64,000 nt of DNA, from contig JANQLI010000129.1 of assembly GCA_028280675.1 (NCBI GenBank), positions 1,833 through 65,832 of the forward strand. The letters are read 5' to 3'. Below the pieces are notes generated by a model. The model saw only the letters and a list, made by a program, of their open reading frames with translations, was not told the DNA's origin and did not search any database. The DNA is from Alphaproteobacteria bacterium (GTDB lineage Bacteria; Pseudomonadota; Alphaproteobacteria; SMXP01). Position 1 is the stretch's first letter, and the number at the start of each line of letters is the position of its first letter. The position numbers and the translations under genes were made by a program. This document shows positions 1 to 9,768 of the stretch, piece after piece.

Positions 1-255
1 ACTTGCTCCAGCCGCCAATCACGGAATATGTCGCTCGGCCTCGCGCTTGGGGAAGGGGCCACCCTCGACGACATTATGGCGGCACGCAACACAGTGGCCG
101 AAGGTGTGCACAGCGCGAAAGCGGTTGTGTCACTGGCCAAGCAACATAAAATCGACATGCCCATCAGCGACGCTGTCGCCGGTATTGTTGGCGGGCACAT
201 AACAGTTGATGAAGCGATTGAGAACTTGCTCAATCGCCCGTTTAAAGATGAATGA
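1..255 (+). CDS. gpsA: Glycerol-3-phosphate dehydrogenase [NAD(P)+], C-terminal fragment (5' end lies outside the window)
   Basis: The frame is open from base 1 to the stop at 253-255. The C-terminal peptide ...GEGATLDDIMAARNTVAEGVHSAKAV...IDMPISDAVAGIV matches the conserved GpsA C-terminus. Confidence 0.65.
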   Translation, partial: TCSSRQSRNMSLGLALGEGATLDDIMAARNTVAEGVHSAKAVVSLAKQHKIDMPISDAVAGIVGGHITVDEAIENLLNRPFKDE

Positions 256-282
256 TCGCGTTACTAAAGGAAATCTCAATCT

Positions 283-570
283 ATGTTATTTGTCATATAC
301 TGCCTCGACAAACCTAACTCTCTGAAGATTCGCTTGGCCAACCGCGACAAACACCTTGCATGGATGAATGAATATGAGCAGCTTAAACTTGCGGGGCCAT
401 TCCTGTCAGACGATGGCAAAAGCATGATCGGCAGCATGCTTGTTATCGAAGCTGACGATCTGGACGCGGCAAAAGCCTGGGCCACGAATGACCCCTATGC
501 TAAAGCAGGCCTCTTTCAATCCGTCACCATCCATCCGTGGAAGCATGTTTTAGGCGCTGCGACACTATGA
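283..570 (+). CDS. YciI-like (Dabb fold) protein
   Basis: 95 aa, with a YciI-family pattern (...GPFLSDDG...IEADDLDAAKAWATNDPY...). Its stop overlaps the next start by ATGA at 567-570. Confidence 0.55.
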   Translation: MLFVIYCLDKPNSLKIRLANRDKHLAWMNEYEQLKLAGPFLSDDGKSMIGSMLVIEADDLDAAKAWATNDPYAKAGLFQSVTIHPWKHVLGAATL

Positions 571-953
571 GCGCATTTATGGATCAACATTGGTCAAAAT
601 GGCCCGGCGCGCCCGCACCCGGCACCGTATTGTATAAGTTTTCTGACCTCAAAAACCTTGAATCACGGGGGTTTGTCTTTGGCAAAGGCAGCAACCGTTT
701 TGAAATGTTTATTGTCCGCAAGGACGACAACATTTTTGGTTACATCAATGCATGCCCCCATATCGGCTCCCCGCTTGAGTTCATGCCAAACCAATTTCTT
801 AATTTGGATAAAACACTAATCATGTGTGCGACACATGGCGCACAATTCGAAATTGATAATGGGTTATGCGTCATTGGTCCGTGCAAAGATCAGCATCTCC
901 CTCCTGTGCCCGTCGCCATTATAGGCGATGATGTCGTTATTGAAGATGCCTAG
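567..953 (+). CDS. Rieske [2Fe-2S] domain protein
   Basis: CPH...CATHG Rieske ligand boxes are present. Start chosen at ATG 567, which is ATGA-coupled to the upstream gene. Confidence 0.55.
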   Translation: MSAFMDQHWSKWPGAPAPGTVLYKFSDLKNLESRGFVFGKGSNRFEMFIVRKDDNIFGYINACPHIGSPLEFMPNQFLNLDKTLIMCATHGAQFEIDNGLCVIGPCKDQHLPPVPVAIIGDDVVIEDA

Positions 954-958
954 GAAGA

Positions 959-1993
959 ATGGCCATGCAAATTGATATTGTCCTCGAACCGAATGCTGAC
1001 GCGCAGACCTTTGGCGAGTTGGCCGCCCTTGCGGAACATTATGGTATTGGGACGATTTGGACCGCCAATCACCCGGCCGCACGCGATCCCTTCATGGCCT
1101 TTACCGGTGTGGCGCAGGCCACCCGTAATGTGCGCATGGGACCTGTGGCCGTGAGCCCCTATGAACTGCATCCTCTTAAGATGGCGAATGCGCTGTTGAC
1201 CTTAGAAGAAATGTCAGAGGGCCGCGCCAGCATCGTCATCGGCGGTGGTGGAGGCACAGCCATTGCTATGGGCCTTAAAGGCGGGCGACAAGATATGTTC
1301 CCGCGCATGGTGCGCGGTGTGCGTGAATGTGTGGAATTTCTCAAACAAGTCGGCCCGGATACACTGACGACTTACACTGGTGAAATCTGGTCAATCAGCA
1401 ATTACTGTCCTGCATGGGCACCTCAAACCCAACCCCACATCTATGTTGCCGCCAGCCAACCGCAAATGCTTCGCATGGGCGCACAGGTTGCTGACGGCAT
1501 CATGATGAGCGACATCACCCTGCCGCTTGTTGACGACGCAATCACCACGATACGTCAAAGTTTAGATAAACATGGACGCGACACACAAAGCTTCCGCATC
1601 AACAATCTCTATACATGGCACGTCAAACAAGACCGGAACGACGCTTATCGTGAAGCGCGCCGCAAACTTTGGGTGCGCGGCATGTTATGGCCGTTTTATA
1701 TCTCACCCTTCTTGAGTGATGATGAGACCGCGCTGGTCCAAGACAAAATGGACAGCTTTATTCAAGCTTACGTGACTGACAGTCCGGAGATTCCGGATGT
1801 GCCCGATGACATCGTGACGAAACTGGTTGATAACCTGACCTTCGCAGGCGATTATTCTGATATTGATCGCTTCATTGCCGATATGAAAAAATTTGAAGCC
1901 GCCGGACTCAATGAATTCGCGTTGCGGCTTTATGATGATCCGGCAGAGTCGATTAAGCTCATCGGGGAACGCGTTGTGCCCGCACTCGGGTGA
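959..1993 (+). CDS. LLM-class (luciferase-like) flavin-dependent oxidoreductase
   Basis: 344 aa with a TIM-barrel luciferase-like pattern and a GGGGG loop. It is a clear paralog of the minus-strand gene at 9769-10803, sharing N-terminal, GGGG and C-terminal LRLYDDP motifs. Confidence 0.7.
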   Translation: MAMQIDIVLEPNADAQTFGELAALAEHYGIGTIWTANHPAARDPFMAFTGVAQATRNVRMGPVAVSPYELHPLKMANALLTLEEMSEGRASIVIGGGGGTAIAMGLKGGRQDMFPRMVRGVRECVEFLKQVGPDTLTTYTGEIWSISNYCPAWAPQTQPHIYVAASQPQMLRMGAQVADGIMMSDITLPLVDDAITTIRQSLDKHGRDTQSFRINNLYTWHVKQDRNDAYREARRKLWVRGMLWPFYISPFLSDDETALVQDKMDSFIQAYVTDSPEIPDVPDDIVTKLVDNLTFAGDYSDIDRFIADMKKFEAAGLNEFALRLYDDPAESIKLIGERVVPALG

Positions 1994-2743
1994 TCATCTG
2001 GCGTTTAAAAAGGCTTTATAGCTTTTGGATAAGCTCTTCACAGACGCGTCCATAATCTTCTCACCCAACTCCACTGTTGCCAAACTTGGGTCCGAGCCAA
2101 TACGTCCATCGGGAAAACGGCGTTTATAATCTTCTGCGTCTTTGATGGGACCATTTGGCGCGATCTTCGGCGTCATCGTCACATCTTTGACGGCTTCAGG
2201 ATACGCATAATAGGTCAGCGAGACTTCGGACGGTGTGGCATGGGCCCCATGCCCTTGGGGAAACATCTTGTTACACAAATCAAAAATGCCAGGGAGCTCC
2301 CACCAATTTTGCAGATAACACGTGAGCGGCGCGCCAGAGGGATCGTTCGCATCTAAACTCCATTGCGCATAAATCTCCGCAAAGGCGGCATTGATCGTGG
2401 GGACATTCCCGCCATGCCCATTCAAGAAATAAAAATGGGTAAAGCCATGCTTATAGAGCGAGTTCACCCAGTCCATTATCGCCGCCATCATGGTGGAAGG
2501 ACGCAAGGTAATGGTGCCCGCAAAAGCCATATGATGCTGCGCACAGCCGACATTAAAAGTCGGTGCAATCAAGACATCATCCTCTGCTCCCATACGCTTG
2601 GCGATTTCTTCCGGACAAATGACATCCGTTCCCAGCAGGCCATTCGGTCCATGTTGCTCGGTCGAGCCAATCGGTATGATGATGCCTTTGCTGTGTTGCA
2701 AATAGCTCTCAACGTCTTGCCATGTCATCAAGTGGAGTTGCAT
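1994..2743 (-). CDS. Creatininase-family amidohydrolase
   Basis: The motifs IPIGSTEQHGP ... FLNGHGGN are characteristic of the creatinine amidohydrolase family. Confidence 0.7.
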   Translation of the reverse strand: MQLHLMTWQDVESYLQHSKGIIIPIGSTEQHGPNGLLGTDVICPEEIAKRMGAEDDVLIAPTFNVGCAQHHMAFAGTITLRPSTMMAAIMDWVNSLYKHGFTHFYFLNGHGGNVPTINAAFAEIYAQWSLDANDPSGAPLTCYLQNWWELPGIFDLCNKMFPQGHGAHATPSEVSLTYYAYPEAVKDVTMTPKIAPNGPIKDAEDYKRRFPDGRIGSDPSLATVELGEKIMDASVKSLSKSYKAFLNAR

Positions 2744-2778
2744 AAATCGATTGTATTTCTTATTTCAGAAAAGAAACA

Positions 2779-3279
2779 TTAAAATAAACCACGGGTCAAA
2801 CGTTGCCATTTAGAAACAGCCTCAATCTGCCGCATAAACTCTCTACTATAAACATGGCCACCTAAAACATTCGCCATATGATTTGAAATGTCTTGCTGCT
2901 CACGAGACGTAAGCTGACCCAATGCTACTTGGGCATTCGCAAAACTCTCATGAAGACTATTAAGGCCCGCCAGCTGCCTAACCATTGACTTAGGCATTAT
3001 AGAGCCCCCAATTACTTGGGCAAGATCATTCAACGCCGAAGAGTGGTGCATGCTTCTAATATTAGAATTACGGACCTCTGTACGCACCTCTGATTGCCCC
3101 TTACGCTTTTTCCATTTTCTATTTATGCGCCGGTACATAGTATCATCCGACTGCACACATACGCCACGAACCAATTCCGCAACACTCAAACCCTGTTTCT
3201 TATCTGATAACTCCTCCATAGCTATCAAAATACTTTCATCGTCAATCTCTGGGCGACCGGGGCTTCTTTTTGCTGCCAT
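2779..3279 (-). CDS. Hypothetical protein (possible small HTH regulator)
   Basis: ORF 2779-3318; likely start is MAAKRSPGRPE at 3279. I recognise no family. The region has lower GC than its flanks, and the gene is divergent from acs. Confidence 0.3.
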   Translation of the reverse strand: MAAKRSPGRPEIDDESILIAMEELSDKKQGLSVAELVRGVCVQSDDTMYRRINRKWKKRKGQSEVRTEVRNSNIRSMHHSSALNDLAQVIGGSIMPKSMVRQLAGLNSLHESFANAQVALGQLTSREQQDISNHMANVLGGHVYSREFMRQIEAVSKWQRLTRGLF

Positions 3280-3510
3280 CTTTACCTCCTTAAAGTCTTG
3301 TATTGGGCTAAGAATCATTAGCTAACTTGAATTAGATCAAGTCAGGTCTTTGTCGTCTACGTATTTAATTAGCGGATAATTTTATCCAGGGTGCAGTGCA
3401 GCGGACAAAATTACGCCTCTCCTGGCTTCCATGAATAAAATTCCCAATTGCATTCTCGAATGACCTAATCATAATGCCGTTGAATACTCGCCCGATAGGA
3501 GATCCCATAC

Positions 3511-5454
3511 ATGCACGAGAATGACCTTTACCCCGTAAGTGCTGACTGGGCCGCGCGTGCCCATGCGGATAAAGCTGTTTACGAGGAGATGTACAAACAC
3601 TCCATCACAGATCCAGACGGGTTTTGGGGTGAGCATGGCAAACGGATTAACTGGATCACGCCTTATACCAAGGTGAAGAACACCCATTATGGCACGGATG
3701 ATGTCTCTATCAAGTGGTATGAAGACGGCACATTAAACGCCTCAGCCAATTGCATCGACCGGCATTTAGACACTCGCGGCGATCAGGTGGCCATCATCTG
3801 GGAAGGGGACGACCCAAATGATGACGCCAAAATCACTTATAAAGACCTCCACGGCCATGTGTGTAAGTTCGCCAATGTGCTGAAAGCGCAAGGGGTGCAG
3901 AAAGGCGATACGGTCACCATCTATATGCCGATGATCCCGGAAGCTGCTTACGCCATGTTGGCCTGCGCGCGTATTGGCGCCGTGCACAGCGTTGTCTTTG
4001 GTGGTTTTTCGCCAGACAGTCTTGCGGGGCGGATTGATGATTGTCAGTCGGATTTTGTCGTCACCGCTGATGAAGGCGTGCGCGGCGGCAAAGCGATCCC
4101 GCTCAAAGCCAATACGGACGCCGCTGTGGCACAATGCGATCACGTGAAAAAAGTCATCGTGATCAAACGCACCGGTGGCGGCGTGCAGATGCTGGAAGGC
4201 CGTGATGTCTGGTATCACGATGAAGTCGCGAAGGTCTCTGCTGACTGCCCGCCCGAAGAGATGAGCGCGGAAGATCCGCTCTTTATCCTTTACACCTCGG
4301 GCTCGACCGGCAAACCCAAAGGGGTGCTGCACACCACGGGTGGCTATATGGTTTATGCCTCCATGACACATCACTATGTCTTCGATTATCATGATGGCGA
4401 CATTTACTGGTGCACGGCGGATGTCGGTTGGGTCACCGGGCACTCTTACATCGTTTATGGCCCGCTCGCCAATGGCGCGACCACACTGATGTTTGAAGGC
4501 GTGCCGAACTACCCGACTTTTTCCCGCTTTTGGGAGGTGATCGATAAACACCAAGTGAACATCTTCTATACTGCGCCCACAGCCATCCGGGCGTTGATGC
4601 GGGAAGGGGACGATCCTGTCACATCCACATCGCGCGCCTCTCTGCGTTTGCTTGGCACAGTCGGTGAGCCGATCAACCCGGAAGCCTGGATTTGGTACAA
4701 TGATGTGGTGGGCGACAAACGTTGCCCCATCGTCGATACATGGTGGCAAACGGAAACCGGCGGCATTGCCATTACACCGCTGCCTGGCGCAACAGACCTG
4801 AAACCAGGCAGCGCCTCTAAACCCTTCTTCGGCATTCAGCCGCAAATTTTGGATACGGATGGCAATGTGCTCGAAGGCGAAGCGGAAGGAAACTTGGTGA
4901 TTGCCGATTCCTGGCCGGGGCAAATGCGCACCGTGTTTGGCGATCATCAACGTTTCATTGAGACATACTTTAAAATGTATCCCGGCAAATATACGGCGGG
5001 TGACGGCTGCCGCCGTGATAAAGATGGCTATTACTGGATTACTGGCCGTATTGACGATGTGATCAATGTCTCAGGCCACCGCATGGGGACAGCGGAAGTG
5101 GAGAGCTCCCTTGTCTGTCATCACAATGTCGCCGAAGCCGCCGTGGTCGGTTACCCGCATGACATCAAAGGCCAAGGCATTTATGCTTATGTGACATTGA
5201 ATGTGGGTGATGACCCATCCGAAGAGCTGCGCCAAGAGCTGGTGCAGTGGGTGAGGAAAGACATCGGCCCAATCGCAAGTCCCGACAAAATTCAGTTCGC
5301 GCCGGGCCTTCCCAAAACCCGCTCTGGCAAAATCATGCGCCGCATCCTGCGCAAAATCGCCGAGGATGATTTCTCAAACCTTGGCGACACGTCAACGCTC
5401 GCCGACCCCAGCGTCGTGGATGACTTGATTGAGAATCGGCAGAACAGGCAATAA
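3511..5454 (+). CDS. acs: Acetyl-CoA synthetase (AMP-forming)
   Basis: 647 aa with canonical Acs N-terminus and motifs ([14 protein letters not shown]-binding core, C-terminal [11 protein letters not shown]). SD AGGAG sits 10 nt upstream of ATG 3511. Confidence 0.95.
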   Translation: MHENDLYPVSADWAARAHADKAVYEEMYKHSITDPDGFWGEHGKRINWITPYTKVKNTHYGTDDVSIKWYEDGTLNASANCIDRHLDTRGDQVAIIWEGDDPNDDAKITYKDLHGHVCKFANVLKAQGVQKGDTVTIYMPMIPEAAYAMLACARIGAVHSVVFGGFSPDSLAGRIDDCQSDFVVTADEGVRGGKAIPLKANTDAAVAQCDHVKKVIVIKRTGGGVQMLEGRDVWYHDEVAKVSADCPPEEMSAEDPLFILYTSGSTGKPKGVLHTTGGYMVYASMTHHYVFDYHDGDIYWCTADVGWVTGHSYIVYGPLANGATTLMFEGVPNYPTFSRFWEVIDKHQVNIFYTAPTAIRALMREGDDPVTSTSRASLRLLGTVGEPINPEAWIWYNDVVGDKRCPIVDTWWQTETGGIAITPLPGATDLKPGSASKPFFGIQPQILDTDGNVLEGEAEGNLVIADSWPGQMRTVFGDHQRFIETYFKMYPGKYTAGDGCRRDKDGYYWITGRIDDVINVSGHRMGTAEVESSLVCHHNVAEAAVVGYPHDIKGQGIYAYVTLNVGDDPSEELRQELVQWVRKDIGPIASPDKIQFAPGLPKTRSGKIMRRILRKIAEDDFSNLGDTSTLADPSVVDDLIENRQNRQ

Positions 5455-5477
5455 TTTTTACCTTACCTACATTATCT

Positions 5478-6050
5478 TTATTCAGCACTAGATAAATAGC
5501 GCTGCAGAGAAAATAGTGTTTCTTCTAAAGAAACTTGAACAGCTTTCTCGATGGCTTCTTCTGCTGCAGGGGGGCAGGTACCACTTTCTATAGTTGATCG
5601 CACCTCGCGCATACTTTGAGTGTTAAAAGATACAGTCGTCCCATCCGCTTTCAAACCCGAAATGCGTCCATTCACAGTCGCGTCGGCTTTGCAGGCCGAA
5701 GTCATTGAACTGGCCATAAAGCAAGCCACATGAAGATGCGACAACTCGACATCAAGTAATAAATTACTCTCATTGAATTTTTCTTGCTTTGAAGGACCAA
5801 AGGCTTGTTCAATAAGCCCCCGGGAGGCAGATTGCAGATCAACATGAAAAGTATTAGCACTGCATAAAGCTGAAACTGGCTTTATGGTCATTTGGAATGA
5901 CTGAAGGGAGTCAGGTTTAATAGAATAATTTTGCAATGTGGTGCGCGAAACATCCATTTGAGGTGATAACGCCTGAAAAGACTCTGGTGCCACCGTACCT
6001 GTGCAGCCCACTAAAACGAATGCAATCGCTATAAATTTCTGACTTTTCAT
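5478..6050 (-). CDS. Hypothetical lipoprotein
   Basis: The internal start MKSQKFIAIAFVLVGCTG gives a signal peptide with lipobox LVGC. The region is AT-rich. No family recognised. Confidence 0.4.
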   Translation of the reverse strand: MKSQKFIAIAFVLVGCTGTVAPESFQALSPQMDVSRTTLQNYSIKPDSLQSFQMTIKPVSALCSANTFHVDLQSASRGLIEQAFGPSKQEKFNESNLLLDVELSHLHVACFMASSMTSACKADATVNGRISGLKADGTTVSFNTQSMREVRSTIESGTCPPAAEEAIEKAVQVSLEETLFSLQRYLSSAE

Positions 6051-6189
6051 ATTACCCCCAATGAAAGAACCACCAATCAAACTTACAGAATGCATGTAAC
6101 TATTAGTAGAGAACATTAACAGACTTGCAAATAAAGTGCAAAATGCTACCATAGAGCACATTTCATTGTTAATTTTTATGGGGGGAAAA

Positions 6190-6750
6190 ATGAAATATCA
6201 ACAAACAGGCGTAGTTTTAAAGTTAAAATACATAGTAGCAGCTTTAATATTATCAACCATAGCATCATGTGCACCGAAAACAGTACAACCAATTTCTGCT
6301 GTGCCAGTTGAAGTGTCACCCACTCTTGCATATTCAAATGTTGATGTCACATTTGATCAACAAGTCAAAAAATCTGAAAGCATTGAGGAAAGCATACGTA
6401 ATGGCTTTACAGAGGCTATAGCTGATTTCCGCATTGACGATGATGCTCCAGCAGCACTACGCAATGTTGATCTCAAAGTTGAAATTGACGGCTTTCGCAT
6501 GGCTAATGCCGCACTTACGTTCCTATTAGGTGACACAAGTCAACTAGCAGGAACTGTAAAGGTTTTGGATTCCGAAACTAAACAAGAATTAGGGTCTTAC
6601 TATGTTGACAAAATCATTTCTGGCGGCGGCTTACTAGGAATGGCTATGAATCAATCAGAAACAGCTCTTGCCAAACAGTTTGCAAAAGAGTTTTTCAAAG
6701 AACTCGGCAAAGAATTTATTTCACGCAGAAGCAGGCAACGAACCAAATAA
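6190..6750 (+). CDS. Hypothetical lipoprotein
   Basis: The start MKYQQ...LSTIASCAP gives a signal peptide with lipobox IASC. The region is AT-rich, and the gene is divergent from the preceding lipoprotein gene. Confidence 0.4.
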   Translation: MKYQQTGVVLKLKYIVAALILSTIASCAPKTVQPISAVPVEVSPTLAYSNVDVTFDQQVKKSESIEESIRNGFTEAIADFRIDDDAPAALRNVDLKVEIDGFRMANAALTFLLGDTSQLAGTVKVLDSETKQELGSYYVDKIISGGGLLGMAMNQSETALAKQFAKEFFKELGKEFISRRSRQRTK

Positions 6751-6808
6751 AGAATCATATAAAACGACGAACTGTGGCCCTCTAAAATCAGGAGGGCTCA
6801 TAGCGCAA

Positions 6809-8014
6809 TTATGACTTCCGTCTTGCCAGTAGTCTAAGCCTTAGCGCATTCAGTTTAATAAACCCTTCGGCGTCTTTTTGATCATACACCGTATCTTCTT
6901 CGAAGGTCGCGATTTCTTCTGAGTACAGCGTATAAGGCGACTTGCGACCAACGACAGTGGCGCTGCCTTTATAGAGCTTCATGCGCACCGTGCCGGTAAC
7001 AAACTCTTGAGATTTATCAATGAGCGCTTGCAACATTTCCCGTTCAGGGCTGAACCAAAAGCCATTGTATATGAGCTCTGCATAACGCGGCATGATGTCG
7101 TCTTTGAGATGCGCCGCGCCTTTGTCGAGGGTCGCCTCTTCAATGCCGCGATGCGCAGCAAGCAAAATGGTGCCGCCCGGTGTTTCATAAATGCCGCGGG
7201 ATTTCATGCCGACAAAGCGGCTCTCCAAAAGATCAAGCCGTCCGATACCATTATGACGGCCATAATCGTTGAGCGCGGCGAGCAAGGGCGCTGGTGACAT
7301 CGCGACGCCGTCGATCGCCACCGCATCGCCTTTTTCAAAGTCGATCTCAATGTAAGTTGGCTGATCTGGCGCGTCCTCTGGTGAGACGGTCCGCTGATAG
7401 ACATATTCCGGGGCTTCTTCCCAGGGGTCTTCCAGCGCTTTGCCTTCGGATGAGGTGTGAAGCAAGTTGGCATCACAGGAAAACGGCGCTTCGCCGCGTT
7501 TGTCCTTTGGAATGGGAATTTGATTTTTCTCGGCAAAGTCGATCAATTTTGACCGCGAATCGAGATCCCATTCCCGCCAGGGCGCAATCACTTTGATGTC
7601 GGGATCAAGGGCATAATAGCCGAGCTCAAACCGCACCTGGTCATTGCCTTTGCCTGTCGCGCCATGACACACCGCATCCGCCCCGGTTTCATGGGCGATT
7701 TCAATCTGCCGTTTGGCGATCAGCGGCCGGGCGATGGAGGTGCCAAGCAAATACACCCCTTCATACACCGCATTGGCGCGGAACATGGGGAACACATAGT
7801 CACGGACAAATTCTTCGCGCAAATCTTCGATGTAGATCTCTTTGATGCCCATCATTTCCGCTTTTTTGCGCGCGGGCGCAAGCTCTTCTTCCTGACCGAG
7901 ATCGGCCGTAAACGTCACCACTTCACAGCCATAGGTGGTCTCCAGCCATTTCAAGATGATTGAGGTATCGAGGCCTCCGGAATAGGCCAGCACGACTTTT
8001 TTGACATCACTCAT
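6809..8014 (-). CDS. argG: Argininosuccinate synthase
   Basis: The start [18 protein letters not shown] carries the PP-loop SGGLDTS, and the rest has classic ArgG body motifs. The ORF upstream of 8014 looks like a spurious extension. Confidence 0.9.
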   Translation of the reverse strand: MSDVKKVVLAYSGGLDTSIILKWLETTYGCEVVTFTADLGQEEELAPARKKAEMMGIKEIYIEDLREEFVRDYVFPMFRANAVYEGVYLLGTSIARPLIAKRQIEIAHETGADAVCHGATGKGNDQVRFELGYYALDPDIKVIAPWREWDLDSRSKLIDFAEKNQIPIPKDKRGEAPFSCDANLLHTSSEGKALEDPWEEAPEYVYQRTVSPEDAPDQPTYIEIDFEKGDAVAIDGVAMSPAPLLAALNDYGRHNGIGRLDLLESRFVGMKSRGIYETPGGTILLAAHRGIEEATLDKGAAHLKDDIMPRYAELIYNGFWFSPEREMLQALIDKSQEFVTGTVRMKLYKGSATVVGRKSPYTLYSEEIATFEEDTVYDQKDAEGFIKLNALRLRLLARRKS

Positions 8015-8139
8015 CAGAGCACCCAATCTTTTGCGTAATTGCTTTTTGGCGAAATTTTTGCGCACTATAGGCATCTGAGCGCGTTTGGAAAGAGGCATTT
8101 TGGCCCTTGATGCGGGTCTCCACACAAGAGGAGCGATCT

Positions 8140-8964
8140 ATGACATCATCACCCAAACGAACCTGCTTGATCACCGGGGCATCAGCAGGCATTGGCAAGG
8201 CCTTTGCGGAGGTTTTTGCGGAAAAGGGCTGGGATTTGATCCTCACTGCCCGGCGTAAAGACCGCTTGCAGGAAGTCGCAGCCGACCTCGAAAAGCGCTT
8301 TGGCACCCATTCCCTTGTGATTCCCACCGATCTCAATGAAGCGGCGGCGCCAGATCAATTGTTTGAAGACATTACCACCCACGGCGTGCATGTGGACGCT
8401 ATCATCAACAATGCGGGCTATGGGGTGAAAGGAAAATTCCTCGATAATCCCTGGTACACCCACCGCGATCAGATCGAAAACATGGCCACAGCGCCGTTGC
8501 ATCTGTCTTATCTTTTCCTGCCAGGCATGGTCGAAAAAGGCTTTGGCCGAATCATCAATGTGTCATCTGTATCAGGCATTGTCCCCGGATCACCGGGCTC
8601 GACCCTTTATGGCGGAATCAAATCCCTGCTTATTCAATTTTCGGAAACGCTCCATATGGAATATGCCCGCTTTGGCATCCATGTTTGTGCTGTCTGCCCT
8701 GGCTTCACCTGGAGCGAATTTCACGATGTTATGAAGACGCGAGAGAATATGAACACCATGCCCAAGATCATCTGGCTCAAGGCAGAGGATGTGGCGCGCC
8801 AAGGCTATGACGGCGTGATGAAAGGCAACCCCATGGTGGTGAATGGCTGGCAATATAAGCTGGTCACCAGCATCATCAAAGTTTTGCCACGCGGCCTCGT
8901 GCGGCGCATGTCGGGCGGCACGAGCAAACGCGCGCGGATGCAAAAAAACGAGAGCCGCGCTTGA
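8140..8964 (+). CDS. SDR-family oxidoreductase
   Basis: TGASAGIGKA Rossmann motif, NNAG, and the catalytic Y..K region of classical SDRs. The start is taken at MTSSPKR. Confidence 0.75.
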   Translation: MTSSPKRTCLITGASAGIGKAFAEVFAEKGWDLILTARRKDRLQEVAADLEKRFGTHSLVIPTDLNEAAAPDQLFEDITTHGVHVDAIINNAGYGVKGKFLDNPWYTHRDQIENMATAPLHLSYLFLPGMVEKGFGRIINVSSVSGIVPGSPGSTLYGGIKSLLIQFSETLHMEYARFGIHVCAVCPGFTWSEFHDVMKTRENMNTMPKIIWLKAEDVARQGYDGVMKGNPMVVNGWQYKLVTSIIKVLPRGLVRRMSGGTSKRARMQKNESRA

Positions 8965-9001
8965 CAGAAGCGTTCCGTTCTGTGACCAAAGGCATGCTTT
9001 C

Positions 9002-9721
9002 ATGGAGATCCGCATGGCCAAAACCCCTATCCCCACCAAAGACCGTTTAATCGTTGCGCTTGACGTTCCGTCTACGGATGAAGCAAGAGAGATTATCGCG
9101 GCGTGCGGGGACAGCGTGAACTTTTATAAAATCGGGCATCAATTGATTCCGATTGGCGGGCTGGATTTGGCCCAAGAATTGATAAGGGCCGACAAGAAGG
9201 TTTTTCTTGATTTCAAATTTTATGACATCGGCAATACGGTGAAGTCAGGCGTGGCCAGCGTCGCGCAACTTGGCTGTCATCTTCTCACGATTCATGGTGA
9301 TCGCGACATTATCGATGGCGCAGTGAAGGGACGCGGTGAGTCGGCTCTTAATATTCTTGCCGTCACGGTTCTGACCAGTATGGATCAAAAGGATCTCGAA
9401 GAGCTTGGATATACCGGCACGGTGGAAGATCTGGTGCTGAAGCGGGCGCGCATGGCCGTGGACGGGGGGTGCGATGGGGTCGTCGCATCCGCGCAAGAAG
9501 TGGTGCGTCTACGCAAAGAGTTGGGTGATGACTTCATCATTGTCACACCGGGCATCCGCAGTGCTGGCGTTGCAACCGATGACCAGAAGCGCGTTATGAC
9601 GCCAGGGGACGCTATCCGCGCTGGTTCCGATTATCTGGTGATGGGCCGGGAAATCACACAGGCGGCTGACCCAAAGACCGCAGCCGTCCATGTCTTTGCG
9701 CAAATCGAAGAGGCGCTATAA
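9002..9721 (+). CDS. pyrF: Orotidine 5'-phosphate decarboxylase
   Basis: ...DRLIVALDV...FLDFKFYDIGNTV...VTPGIR... are the PyrF catalytic motifs. Start at ATG 9002 or 9014. Confidence 0.85.
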   Translation: MEIRMAKTPIPTKDRLIVALDVPSTDEAREIIAACGDSVNFYKIGHQLIPIGGLDLAQELIRADKKVFLDFKFYDIGNTVKSGVASVAQLGCHLLTIHGDRDIIDGAVKGRGESALNILAVTVLTSMDQKDLEELGYTGTVEDLVLKRARMAVDGGCDGVVASAQEVVRLRKELGDDFIIVTPGIRSAGVATDDQKRVMTPGDAIRAGSDYLVMGREITQAADPKTAAVHVFAQIEEAL

Positions 9722-9722
9722 C

Positions 9723-9767
9723 CACACTTTGTCATCCCGTAACTTGATTGCGGGATGACAAAGTGTG
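9723..9767. terminator. Perfect 17-bp inverted repeat (hairpin) between convergent genes; putative bidirectional terminator
   Basis: CACACTTTGTCATCCCG - 11 nt loop - CGGGATGACAAAGTGTG. It lies exactly between the pyrF stop and the stop of the minus-strand LLM gene. There is no strong U-tract. Confidence 0.45.
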
Positions 9768-9768
9768 A

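Noticed and set aside
3766-4950. 394-aa minus-strand ORF inside acs
   Set aside because: It is fully antisense to a canonical, high-confidence acs gene. Its composition is Arg/Ala/Gly-rich and of low complexity, typical of GC-rich shadow frames.
8590-9039. 149-aa minus-strand ORF overlapping the SDR gene and the pyrF start
   Set aside because: It is antisense to a motif-supported SDR gene and has no family features.
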